The position numbers and the translations under genes were made by a program. From IMG/VR virus record IMGVR_UViG_3300042393_000497, positions 3,783-67,782 of that record: a stretch of DNA of 64,000 bases; one strand, written 5' to 3'. Below are positions 1-8,520 of this stretch, in pieces. How positions within the stretch are numbered: the stretch's first letter is position 1; every line of letters begins with the position of its first letter. The notes below the pieces were generated by a model that saw only the letters and a list, made by a program, of their open reading frames with translations, had not been told where the DNA came from and ran no database searches. This DNA comes from a virus. Lineage: Duplodnaviria > Caudoviricetes.

Positions 1-73
1 CCGATTCTAATTTCATTTTTTTACGGTTTAAAATTCAATGCAAAGATAACATATTTTTAATTATTTTTGTTGT

Positions 74-289
74 ATGAAAGATACATACATCAAAGCAAGA
101 AATAGTAAATCCTATGAAGGATTATACGAATACTTCCTGGAAGAAGGAGGATCTAATATTGGTATTCAACAGTTTATAGGTTTATTTTCTTTTCAGAATC
201 TTAATGAGATACTACACAACTTAGATAAGAAACACAATCTAACTATTCTAGAGGATTCAAAGGGAGAGTTTGTTAAAGTAGTCGTTTAG
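74..289 (+). CDS. small hypothetical protein
   Basis: 71-aa ORF preceded by TATTTTTG (62-69), a Bacteroidota -7 element; 3' end overlaps the convergent ORF 257-1132. Confidence 0.5.
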   Translation: MKDTYIKARNSKSYEGLYEYFLEEGGSNIGIQQFIGLFSFQNLNEILHNLDKKHNLTILEDSKGEFVKVVV

Positions 290-1132
290 TTCATTCCATC
301 TTTTATTAACTGTATTCCTAGATATACCGCTGTACTTACTTACGTTAATTCTATTTACGCTTAGTCCAGTTTTTTTTAGATTATTAATTGCCTCTTTCAT
401 GCAATTCATCTTCTCGTCTTTTAAACTATTGTTCTTGTTTACAATAAACATATACTCATCCAAAGTAAACTCTTCCATGTATTCTTCATAGTATCTTTTA
501 ACTGTGTTATAAGACATACCAGTCAATTGACTCAAATCAGAAATACTACAAGTTTTCTTTTCTTCTTTTATGCTTGTAATTGAATCCAATATTATTCTTT
601 TTGTTTTATCCATCTTTAAACTATTTAAACATTTAATACTTTCTCTTATCTTCTTGTTCTTAATTATATTATTTGCTTCTTTTAAAAAAAAATCCTTATT
701 TAGCTTATATAAATAATTCTCTTCTTCTTCAGTAAATTTAATCAAATCACTTAGATTGTTTTTCCACTCAATCTGTTTCTTAGTTTTTATCTTATTAAAT
801 AACTCACTATTAAATTCATTGTGAAATATATCACTACATATTTTGTACACATCAGACTCTAACAAATAAGTACCATGAGTCTTCATCGCGTTTTCTATTA
901 ACCTAATTCCATCAGCAACCAAATCATCTTCACTACAATCAGTATTTAAATACCATATCTTCCAAACATATATTTTGTAGTTGTATAATGCAGAATCTCT
1001 ATAAGAACTTATATTCACATATCTAGCATCAACACAGTCGTACTTGTCCTGCCAAACATATAAGTACCTAAACTCTGTTCGCTTTATTTCTTTATCTAAA
1101 ATCTTAAACTTTATCATAAAACAAATATACAA
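257..1132 (-). CDS. DNA-binding protein with two C-terminal helix-turn-helix motifs (possible regulator or Rep-like protein)
   Basis: HTH-like segments SISDLSQLTGMSYNTVKRYY and NRINVSKYSGISRNTVNKRW. Confidence 0.6.
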   Translation of the reverse strand: MYICFMIKFKILDKEIKRTEFRYLYVWQDKYDCVDARYVNISSYRDSALYNYKIYVWKIWYLNTDCSEDDLVADGIRLIENAMKTHGTYLLESDVYKICSDIFHNEFNSELFNKIKTKKQIEWKNNLSDLIKFTEEEENYLYKLNKDFFLKEANNIIKNKKIRESIKCLNSLKMDKTKRIILDSITSIKEEKKTCSISDLSQLTGMSYNTVKRYYEEYMEEFTLDEYMFIVNKNNSLKDEKMNCMKEAINNLKKTGLSVNRINVSKYSGISRNTVNKRWNELNDYFNKLSL

Positions 1133-1289
1133 AATATAATGTAATACTTTGCATTAAGTGTATACATATATGAAAATGACAACACCCTTTCAGTCACTTG
1201 TATTATAATCTAACCGAATGATAAGGTGTATACATTTTATGAGATTGCTATGGTATAATAGTGAGACCGCTATGGTAGTTAGGTTATTT

Positions 1290-1815
1290 TCCCGCGTGGC
1301 CGATCCAAATCAAAACCAAAAACGCTTTTTTTTGATCTACCCCCATGCAATTTCGGATCCTTTTTTTCCAACTTTTTAGCTTTTTTATACCTACTTTTAT
1401 TTTGTAGGTTTTTTTGTGGTTATCCGTTTACCCTACATTTATTGTATTTCCTTGTTTGCCGTTTACCCTTGCCCCTATTTTTTTTGTGGGATGATGATAT
1501 ACTTTTTTTGTGGTAGCTAGTCACGTTTGAGAAACTATATATTAATTTTCACTTTGTTATTTTTTGCCGTTTATCGTTTTAATCAAAAATACATTTATTC
1601 GGTTTTTCGTTTGTTATTTTATAGCTATTCACAACGCAAAAAAATATGTTTTTTTTAGTAATTCAAGTCAAAAAATATCATTTCCAGAAATAGCAGCCAT
1701 TTTATTTTGTAGGAAAAACGCTACGCTTTTACCCTACATTTTTATATCTTTTTGTAAGAATTTAGCTTCAATGTATGTAGTTTATCGATTTTTTTGTGCA
1801 TTTTATCGATTTTAT
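1290..1815. repeat. non-coding region with T-tracts and short repeated motifs; putative genome terminus, packaging site or origin
   Basis: TTTTTTTGTGG x3 (1409, 1479, 1503), CCGTTTACCCT x2 (1424, 1459), TTTATTTTGTAGG..TTTACCCTACATTT x2 (1396-1440, 1700-1741); lies at the strand switch. Confidence 0.5.
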
Positions 1816-1839
1816 TAGTTTTCGGTTTTATTTCGGTTG

Positions 1840-1847
1840 TATGTTTG
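1840..1847 (+). promoter_or_regulatory. candidate early promoter (Bacteroidota -7 box)
   Basis: TATGTTTG matches TAnnTTTG, about 48 nt before ATG 1895; no clear -33 TTTG. Confidence 0.45.
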
Positions 1848-1894
1848 TCGAGCAATTAAGCACAAAACAAAATTTTAATTTAAACTTTATTATT

Positions 1895-2317
1895 ATGAAA
1901 ACACAAGCACAAACAACAGCAAAAAAAGTAGTAAACAAAACAGCTACTAAAAACGAAATCGTTAAGGCCTTAAACACTAAGGTTAAACAACCTCAAAAAT
2001 CTATCTTTGAGCGTCAAGCCGAATTAGTAAGTAAGGCCGAAAAAAGCACCTTTGACTTTGTTAAATTGGCAAATGTAACGGATAAAATTGAGGATAAAAG
2101 TATCTCGAAAGTTTACGCCAAAGTTATAGCAAATGCATATGCCTCGCAAATTGTAGGCAGCGACAAAATGCCTACTTTCAAGGCCTTTGTTGAAAAAATG
2201 CCTAGCAAAACGCTTTACTCAAATTGGGACGGCTACAAATGCCTAGCAAAATTCAATACCAAAAATGAATTGGCGAAAAAAGTAACTCGCCAAAATGCGG
2301 CAACGGCCAAAAAATAA
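1895..2317 (+). CDS. first early gene, Lys/Ala-rich hypothetical protein
   Basis: ORF 1796-2317; likely start is ATG 1895 (context ttattattATG, MKTQAQTTAKK). Confidence 0.75.
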   Translation: MKTQAQTTAKKVVNKTATKNEIVKALNTKVKQPQKSIFERQAELVSKAEKSTFDFVKLANVTDKIEDKSISKVYAKVIANAYASQIVGSDKMPTFKAFVEKMPSKTLYSNWDGYKCLAKFNTKNELAKKVTRQNAATAKK

Positions 2318-2980
2318 GGCTTTGCTAGGGCTGTCGTATATGATACGTTTATAGGGAGCGAAAACCTACAGCCCACTAATTAGGTAAACAAAACACCAAA
2401 AACCGCTTCGCGAAATGCGAACACCAAAGGCGAAACGCCTATAGCGGTTATAACGTGAAAAATTTGTGGACATGCTGAGAGTACAACGAAAATTTGGTAG
2501 AGTTGCGGAAAAAACCAACACACCTACGAATATATTGTATACTAACTAGATTAGCACTCTATTTATTCAGTTATGATAGAAAAACGTATTGCAAGTGTCT
2601 GACAAACATTTGTATCAAGGGAAATTATAGGTATTTCCGAACGTGGTTTTTTGTACGTTTTTTGTCCATAGGGTTACACGTGTAAAGTATAAGGACTACA
2701 CAAAAGAGGTAACACACAAGGGTACTAAGAATAAATTTATAGGTTACTAAGGATAAATTTATTTAGTAGTAGGCGACCTTTGTAGTAAAAAATGCCAATT
2801 GTTGAACGGGGCAGAAAAGGTATGTTTTTTAGTAAACACAAAATAAAACCAACATAGGTAGAAAATAAATCTGCCTATTCGTAAACATAAAATTTCCATA
2901 GAAAAAAACAAGGGTTTTGCACAGCGTACAAGGTATGTTGTGTGAGTTTCGATTTTAGTACTCTCTATGGAGCGAGTTAA
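2318..2980 (+). ncRNA. putative large structured non-coding RNA or leader
   Basis: No credible ORF; many nested stems: 2328-34/2368-74, 2401-07/2443-49, 2465-72/2663-70, 2855-62/2870-77, 2895-2902/2964-71, 2919-29/2933-43. Confidence 0.55.
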
Positions 2981-3015
2981 AAAAAAGCAATTACAAATTT
3001 TAAAATCAAAACAAG

Positions 3016-3216
3016 ATGAAAACATTCGGCAAAATTTATTTCTTATTTAATGCATTCGCATTTATTTATTTAGGGTTCACATTGGAAGACATGAGTGGAT
3101 CACAATTATTTTTCTTAGGGTTCTTAGTATCAATCTGCCTATTCGGTGCGTACATTATTTACTCAAATGAAAAGTGGGAAAAGGAAATAGATGAACAAAT
3201 CAAAAACAAATTATAA
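3016..3216 (+). CDS. small membrane protein (2 hydrophobic segments)
   Basis: 66 aa with two hydrophobic stretches; A-rich start context. Confidence 0.6.
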   Translation: MKTFGKIYFLFNAFAFIYLGFTLEDMSGSQLFFLGFLVSICLFGAYIIYSNEKWEKEIDEQIKNKL

Positions 3217-3429
3217 ACTTAAAAACAAAAAAGATGAAAAAAATACTATCAAAAAACTTCGCATACAACTTTTGTTATGTAATGGCTTTATATTTTTTAT
3301 TCCAAATAATCTTTAGATACTAATCATGAAGAAGCATAACAAAAAAGAAATGTTAATCACTCTCAACAAAGCAAAATTAGCTTGCTTATATATATCAATG
3401 ATTTCATTAATCTTATTAATTATAGGTCA

Positions 3430-3588
3430 ATGCATAAGCAAGTAGAGGAGTTGGAACAAAAAATTCGTGAGATATTCCGCAAAGAAAGATTGCTAAAAGA
3501 AGACGTAAAAAAAGCTAATCGATATTTAGAAGATTGGAAAACACTAACCAGGTATAAAGAAGATACAAGAAATCCTATTAAATCATGA
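3430..3588 (+). CDS. early hypothetical coiled-coil protein
   Basis: ATG 3430 within track ORF 3382-3588; coupled to the next ORF. Confidence 0.55.
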   Translation: MHKQVEELEQKIREIFRKERLLKEDVKKANRYLEDWKTLTRYKEDTRNPIKS

Positions 3589-3788
3589 GAAAAAGAATTA
3601 TCAAAACAGAAAGAGTAGATGTGAATGCAGTTATTAACGACATAGAGCATCGTATAGACACGAAAAAGCAATTAGTAAAGATTACTATGAAGCAAGAAAA
3701 TTGCGGCTTTGGAGAGGCAAAAAGTAAAATTCAGGATTCAGTAAAATGGAACTGCATTAAAAAAGAAGTTAAACTATTAAATAATTAA
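3585..3788 (+). CDS. early hypothetical protein
   Basis: ORF track; tightly packed in the operon. Confidence 0.65.
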   Translation: MRKRIIKTERVDVNAVINDIEHRIDTKKQLVKITMKQENCGFGEAKSKIQDSVKWNCIKKEVKLLNN

Positions 3789-3790
3789 TT

Positions 3791-4060
3791 ATGATATTCC
3801 AAAAAGTAATTAGCGAAGAACTGTGCAAAATGATTTCAAAAGAAACTAGGCTTGCATGGGAAGATGTATCGTATATAAACGATGATACGGATTCAATATC
3901 CAATGAAGAATTAGGAGTGACTATATTCCTTCCAAATATGACTGAGTATATGTACTTCTATGTAATAAACTCGGAAGATTACGGAAGCAATAGAAACGGA
4001 CTATTTTTTGAAAACTTAAACGATTTAGTAAACCATTTAAACGAACTAAAAGATGAATAG
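3791..4060 (+). CDS. early hypothetical acidic protein
   Basis: ORF track; aattATG start. Confidence 0.7.
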   Translation: MIFQKVISEELCKMISKETRLAWEDVSYINDDTDSISNEELGVTIFLPNMTEYMYFYVINSEDYGSNRNGLFFENLNDLVNHLNELKDE

Positions 4061-4187
4061 AGAACAACTAATTGAGGCTATCAGTAAAATGATTGAGAGA
4101 ACTCACAACGAAAAAGATAGAGAAGATTTGCTAATGTTCAGCGATGAAGAACTGAACACAATTTATAACGAACTAATAGAAAATTAA
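4053..4187 (+). CDS. 44-aa early hypothetical protein (not in track)
   Basis: MNREQLIEAISKMIER...; fills the gap between neighbouring ORFs. Confidence 0.6.
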   Translation: MNREQLIEAISKMIERTHNEKDREDLLMFSDEELNTIYNELIEN

Positions 4188-4189
4188 TT

Positions 4190-4378
4190 ATGAAATCAGA
4201 AACATTTTTACTTGTAGGATTATCAACTATCCTAACAATGGCTTTCTTCTTAGGAGGAAGAAACGAATCGTGTGCCAAAAGATTATTTGGTAGTACGGAA
4301 AAAGTAAACAAAGAATATAGATTTATTTCTTTGGAGATTGCAGAAACACAAACAGATTCATTAACAACAAACTATTAA
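4190..4378 (+). CDS. early protein with N-terminal hydrophobic segment
   Basis: ORF track. Confidence 0.55.
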   Translation: MKSETFLLVGLSTILTMAFFLGGRNESCAKRLFGSTEKVNKEYRFISLEIAETQTDSLTTNY

Positions 4379-4390
4379 AACATTAAAATC

Positions 4391-4702
4391 ATGAGCAAAC
4401 ATTTAACCAATGAGCAAATAGATAACAGACTTGGTGCTGTTATGAATGCATTCAGAGATGAAAACGCAAGAAGCGTAATGAGTATGAACTCTATAGCTAG
4501 TCTATTAAATCGTGGAACATATTCCATAAATGGAGATGATGAAACCAGTAAGAGAGTAGCTGAATCAATTAAGAGATTAACAACTTTTGTAAATAGAATA
4601 TCGGATATAGTACATAAAGGTACTGAAGAATGCGACCTTGATTCTCAGATTGATAAGAATCATGAATTTTGGAAACAATTGAGCGAAATATTAAACTCTT
4701 AA
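4391..4702 (+). CDS. early hypothetical protein
   Basis: ORF track; aaaatcATG start. Confidence 0.7.
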   Translation: MSKHLTNEQIDNRLGAVMNAFRDENARSVMSMNSIASLLNRGTYSINGDDETSKRVAESIKRLTTFVNRISDIVHKGTEECDLDSQIDKNHEFWKQLSEILNS

Positions 4703-5001
4703 CAACAAACTATTAGTATTATGTTAAACTTAGTAAAGCCTACCATAGAAGTAGGAAAAGAATTTATTGTAGTAAGTACAATAATCAATAACCAATTAGT
4801 AAAGCAAAGATACATTGGTTATAGTGCAAGTGAATGTTATCAAATGTTTAGAAAATATATCGCTAGTGGCGAGTACAAAAACAATTAATTATTATGAAGA
4901 AAGATTCACAACAATTAGCAGCCAACATAGCTAAGATAGGTTTGGTTATAGTATGGGGAGTATTTATGTTCACATTAGTAAAATCACATATATAAATTAT
5001 C

Positions 5002-5859
5002 ATGAAAAGAAAAACAAATTCAGTACAAAGGTTAGTATTCAAAATGCTAACCGAAAACACAGGGGTACACTTTTTAGATAGCGGATTTTCCAATGGTAGA
5101 ATGTGGCAAAGGAATCAAAAGAAAACTATTCAGGACTTTATGAAGGAAGATGAGGAGAAGTATGTATTCAATGATAAGTATGGAGAGTTAGAAAGAACTG
5201 TATCAGTATTCCACTACCTAAGCGGATTAGATTTAGATGATGTATGTACAAAATTTAATCTAAGAAATAACAAGGAGGATAATTGGGATGGTAATGTAGG
5301 AGCTTTAGAAGATTGCTATGGTGTAAGTGCGAGAGCAGGGCATTGGCTAATGGATAACCACGAAGTAGATGTGAAGTATACATTCAATACTTACAATGGA
5401 GATTCTGACTTATCACAAATCATACAAGGAAGCCAATTAGAAATCAATGGAGATGGTTACTTCTTGATACAAGTACACGGTGGAGCTGATGCGAGAGGTG
5501 GATATACTGACGCAAAATTATTTAAGCAAGACTATTGGTCAAGTTATATTCACGAATACTTACAAGAATATAGAGACAGCTACGAAATCAAACAAGACTT
5601 AGAAGAAAGATATATCGATGATGTAGAAGACGCATACGACAAAACAATTAAACACAAGGCAACATATATACTTGAACGATTAGATTGCGACAATGAACTT
5701 GATGCAGTAAAGAAGATGATTAGTAAATTAGACTTTATTGGTATGTTAGATGACATCAATCATACAATTAAAACACTTGGATTGGAATTAGATGAAGACT
5801 TAATGAAACAAATCAATGAGTTTAGTTTCGATGTTGACCAGTTAAAATTAGAAATGTAA
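5002..5859 (+). CDS. conserved phage early protein of unknown function
   Basis: Motif-like blocks HFLDSG..GRMWQRNQ, NTYNGDSDLSQ, QVHGGADARGGYT. Confidence 0.8.
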   Translation: MKRKTNSVQRLVFKMLTENTGVHFLDSGFSNGRMWQRNQKKTIQDFMKEDEEKYVFNDKYGELERTVSVFHYLSGLDLDDVCTKFNLRNNKEDNWDGNVGALEDCYGVSARAGHWLMDNHEVDVKYTFNTYNGDSDLSQIIQGSQLEINGDGYFLIQVHGGADARGGYTDAKLFKQDYWSSYIHEYLQEYRDSYEIKQDLEERYIDDVEDAYDKTIKHKATYILERLDCDNELDAVKKMISKLDFIGMLDDINHTIKTLGLELDEDLMKQINEFSFDVDQLKLEM

Positions 5860-5888
5860 ATCACTATCAACTATCAAAAATTATTATT

Positions 5889-6506
5889 ATGAGAACAAAA
5901 ATTATCGAGCAAGAAATCTATTCATTAGATGATGTAAAAAACAATGATGAACTTCTTAAAAAAGTTCTTGAAAAACATCACGAAATCAATGTGTATTATG
6001 ATTGGTGGGATTGTGTTTATTATGACCAAAAAGAAAAGATAGAAGAAGCAGGCTTTAGTATAAACAACATATACTTTAGTGGGTTTTGGAGTCAAGGAGA
6101 TGGTGCTATGTTTGAATACGATAGGATTGATGATAAGTTACTGAATGAATTTGTAGGCACATTAGACTTATCTCCAATGCGAAAACAATGGATAATTAAT
6201 AACATATATATTTCTAGCAAAGGACATCATAGAGGGCATTATCATCACGAAAAATGTTGTTCGCATAGTATCTATTGGGAAGTAGGTAATGGAGATTTGC
6301 ATTGGAGTACATACTTCTATCAATGGCTTGAATCGTTTGCAGATGATTTTGAAGAATTTATAGTAGATAAGTATGAAGATTTATGTAACGATTTATATCG
6401 TGCATTAGAAAAAGAATATGATTATCTAACAAGTGAAGAATCTATATTAGAATCATTAGAGTCAAACGGATACGAATTTGATATTAACGGAACTATAACA
6501 CTTTAA
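5889..6506 (+). CDS. acidic early protein (YFSGFWSQGDGA family), possible anti-defence
   Basis: Motif IYFSGFWSQGDGAMF; acidic C-terminus; function inferred. Confidence 0.7.
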   Translation: MRTKIIEQEIYSLDDVKNNDELLKKVLEKHHEINVYYDWWDCVYYDQKEKIEEAGFSINNIYFSGFWSQGDGAMFEYDRIDDKLLNEFVGTLDLSPMRKQWIINNIYISSKGHHRGHYHHEKCCSHSIYWEVGNGDLHWSTYFYQWLESFADDFEEFIVDKYEDLCNDLYRALEKEYDYLTSEESILESLESNGYEFDINGTITL

Positions 6507-6516
6507 ATTTAAAACT

Positions 6517-7032
6517 ATGATTACAAGAGTAGACAAGATTGAGGAATTTTTAGGTAACCTGGATACGACTATAGATATATTATCTATGGTCAATGCAGAA
6601 GATATAAATTCATACGATGATTTATATGATGCATTAGATAACAATAATGGATTTGATGTAGAAATCATATACTATGCAAGCGCAATGGACTATCTAAGAA
6701 TGCACGATAGTAGTTTGAGATGTAGTATAGAGATTGCAGAAGAATACGGATATACTTTGTCAAGTATCAATAGCGAATTGCTTGCCTCACTATTAGCATC
6801 AAGTGTGTGCAGGGATGAATTTATGGAACTGAAAAGCGAGATAGATGATTTCTTTGATGAGTTAGAAGATGATGAAGAAGAAGTGAATGAATTTGAAGAT
6901 TGGGTTACATATATGCAAGATCACTACGACTATATTAAAACAGAAAAGTTTTTAGAGTATGAAGAATACTATGAGAACCTATTAACATTTGAAGAAAACG
7001 GAGCAAATTTTTTAATGACATTAAACGATTAA
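6517..7032 (+). CDS. highly acidic protein, possible Ocr-like DNA mimic
   Basis: 46 D/E versus 8 K/R in 171 aa; IIYYASAMDYL segment. Confidence 0.55.
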   Translation: MITRVDKIEEFLGNLDTTIDILSMVNAEDINSYDDLYDALDNNNGFDVEIIYYASAMDYLRMHDSSLRCSIEIAEEYGYTLSSINSELLASLLASSVCRDEFMELKSEIDDFFDELEDDEEEVNEFEDWVTYMQDHYDYIKTEKFLEYEEYYENLLTFEENGANFLMTLND

Positions 7033-7037
7033 TTATT

Positions 7038-7193
7038 ATGAAAGAAGAACAACTTCACGAATTAGCATTACTATTTATGAACCAGTTCGCTTACAAAGAA
7101 TGTAGCTTAGATGAATTTCTAGAGCTATATAATGAGGAGCTTACTGATGATGAAAGAAACTTAGGATATTTTATACTTAGATTGTTTAATTAA
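7038..7193 (+). CDS. 51-aa acidic early protein (not in track)
   Basis: MKEEQLHELALLF...; aattattATG start. Confidence 0.6.
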   Translation: MKEEQLHELALLFMNQFAYKECSLDEFLELYNEELTDDERNLGYFILRLFN

Positions 7194-7207
7194 TAAATTT
7201 TAAAACT

Positions 7208-7456
7208 ATGGAAACATTAACACCACAAGAACGCAAAGAACAATACATTCAAACTTTGCAAAAACAAATTGAAGACAGATTTAATGATGGTAGATTAACT
7301 ACATCATTTGAAACGTGCTATCGTGCGCCAGTGTACGGATGGAGTGTAGAAGAATATATGTATATGCCAACAGTTGCGAATAGACTGAGAGAGAAAGGAT
7401 ATACGGTTTCATCGAGTGTGAATTGGGAAGTTACTGATTGGCTTATTGCAGTATAA
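7208..7456 (+). CDS. early hypothetical protein
   Basis: ORF track; aaaactATG start. Confidence 0.75.
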   Translation: METLTPQERKEQYIQTLQKQIEDRFNDGRLTTSFETCYRAPVYGWSVEEYMYMPTVANRLREKGYTVSSSVNWEVTDWLIAV

Positions 7457-7481
7457 ATATTAACATTTAAAAACAATTATT

Positions 7482-7985
7482 ATGGGATTCTTTAGTTGGA
7501 AAACACAAGATACTAATAGAAGTATCACAAACAAATGGTCAAACTATTCAACATTTAAAGTTGATATGATAGATGACAAAGGAAATGTATGGACTGAAAA
7601 CCACTATGATGGATATGGTGTATTCGGTGGCAAGGATTATTATGAATTACTTGCAGAAATGAATGGAGTTACCTCTGACTTAGAAGGGGAACAATATACT
7701 GACTTCATGCGAATAGAAGGCATTGACATTGCATTTAAAGATAATGGTAGTGGAGTAGGCACTAAGGGAGTTAAGTATCCTAATCTATTTGAAGACTCAA
7801 ACATTCTTGATTATCAAGAAGAAGGTCCAGATACTTGTGAGTATCAAGGTTTCTTTTATGAAGACGAAGAAGACAATGATGAAGATGGAGAATGGCTTAG
7901 TGATTGTTGCGGAGCATCTGAATGGCAAGATGAAACTGGGATATGCGACAACTGTAAAGAACACGCAGACTTTAATATAGATTAA
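7482..7985 (+). CDS. early protein with acidic linker and C-terminal CC..CxxC zinc-finger-like tail
   Basis: MGFFSWKT N-terminus; SDCCGA..GICDNCKEH. Confidence 0.75.
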   Translation: MGFFSWKTQDTNRSITNKWSNYSTFKVDMIDDKGNVWTENHYDGYGVFGGKDYYELLAEMNGVTSDLEGEQYTDFMRIEGIDIAFKDNGSGVGTKGVKYPNLFEDSNILDYQEEGPDTCEYQGFFYEDEEDNDEDGEWLSDCCGASEWQDETGICDNCKEHADFNID

Positions 7986-7992
7986 TAAAACT

Positions 7993-8193
7993 ATGGATAT
8001 AACAATAGACTTATTAGAAGTGGCATCCGAATTAGCACACGAAATTGTGTGTGCAAAATTTGAAGACGATGCTAGTGCAATATATGATAATGCAACTGAC
8101 ACTATTACGGTTTACTCCGAAGAAGCACAAGATTTATTTAACGAATGGTACGATTACTATTATAACTTTTTATTAAACTTAAAAACAAATTAA
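7993..8193 (+). CDS. small acidic early protein
   Basis: ORF track. Confidence 0.7.
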   Translation: MDITIDLLEVASELAHEIVCAKFEDDASAIYDNATDTITVYSEEAQDLFNEWYDYYYNFLLNLKTN

Positions 8194-8197
8194 AATT

Positions 8198-8515
8198 ATG
8201 GAAAATTCAATTGGACAATTAGACAAGTTAATCGAGCAAAAAGTAGACAACAAAATCAAAGAGTTCTCTAAAAGTTTAACAGATCAAATAACTAAATTTC
8301 TAAAAGATAACGGAGATTATCATGGAGAATATCTATATGTTATAAAAGATTGGAACAAAAATAATAATGGAAATTATATTCCATTAACACACTCACACCA
8401 AAGTATATATCAAGTACAAATAGGATTGGTTCACGGATTATCTCTTACTATAAAAGATAAGATGATTACAAAAGAATCAAAAGAGTTATTAGACAAAGTA
8501 AAACTATTAGGATAA
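8198..8515 (+). CDS. early hypothetical protein
   Basis: ORF track. Confidence 0.7.
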   Translation: MENSIGQLDKLIEQKVDNKIKEFSKSLTDQITKFLKDNGDYHGEYLYVIKDWNKNNNGNYIPLTHSHQSIYQVQIGLVHGLSLTIKDKMITKESKELLDKVKLLG

Positions 8516-8520
8516 AAATT

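Noticed and set aside
1564-1818. Track ORFs 1564-1818, 2494-2685 and 2759-3025
   Set aside because: Phe-rich translations of T-tract or structured non-coding DNA with poor start context
2283-2979. 8-bp long-range pairing TAACTCGC/GCGAGTTA closing the structured region
   Set aside because: An 8-bp match is expected by chance over ~700 nt and needs covariation evidence
2318-3015. Group I or group II intron (GACTA at 2694)
   Set aside because: No matching TAGTC/S element, no P/Q motifs, no GTGCG 5' end or domain V, and the flanking ORFs do not look like split exons
2868-3145. 14-bp direct repeat AATCTGCCTATTCG at 2868 and 3132
   Set aside because: Single pair, one copy inside coding sequence, no evident function; could be chance
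7789-7980. Overlapping same-strand ORF within 7482-7985
   Set aside because: Off-frame reading of an acidic GAA/GAT-rich tract; no start context
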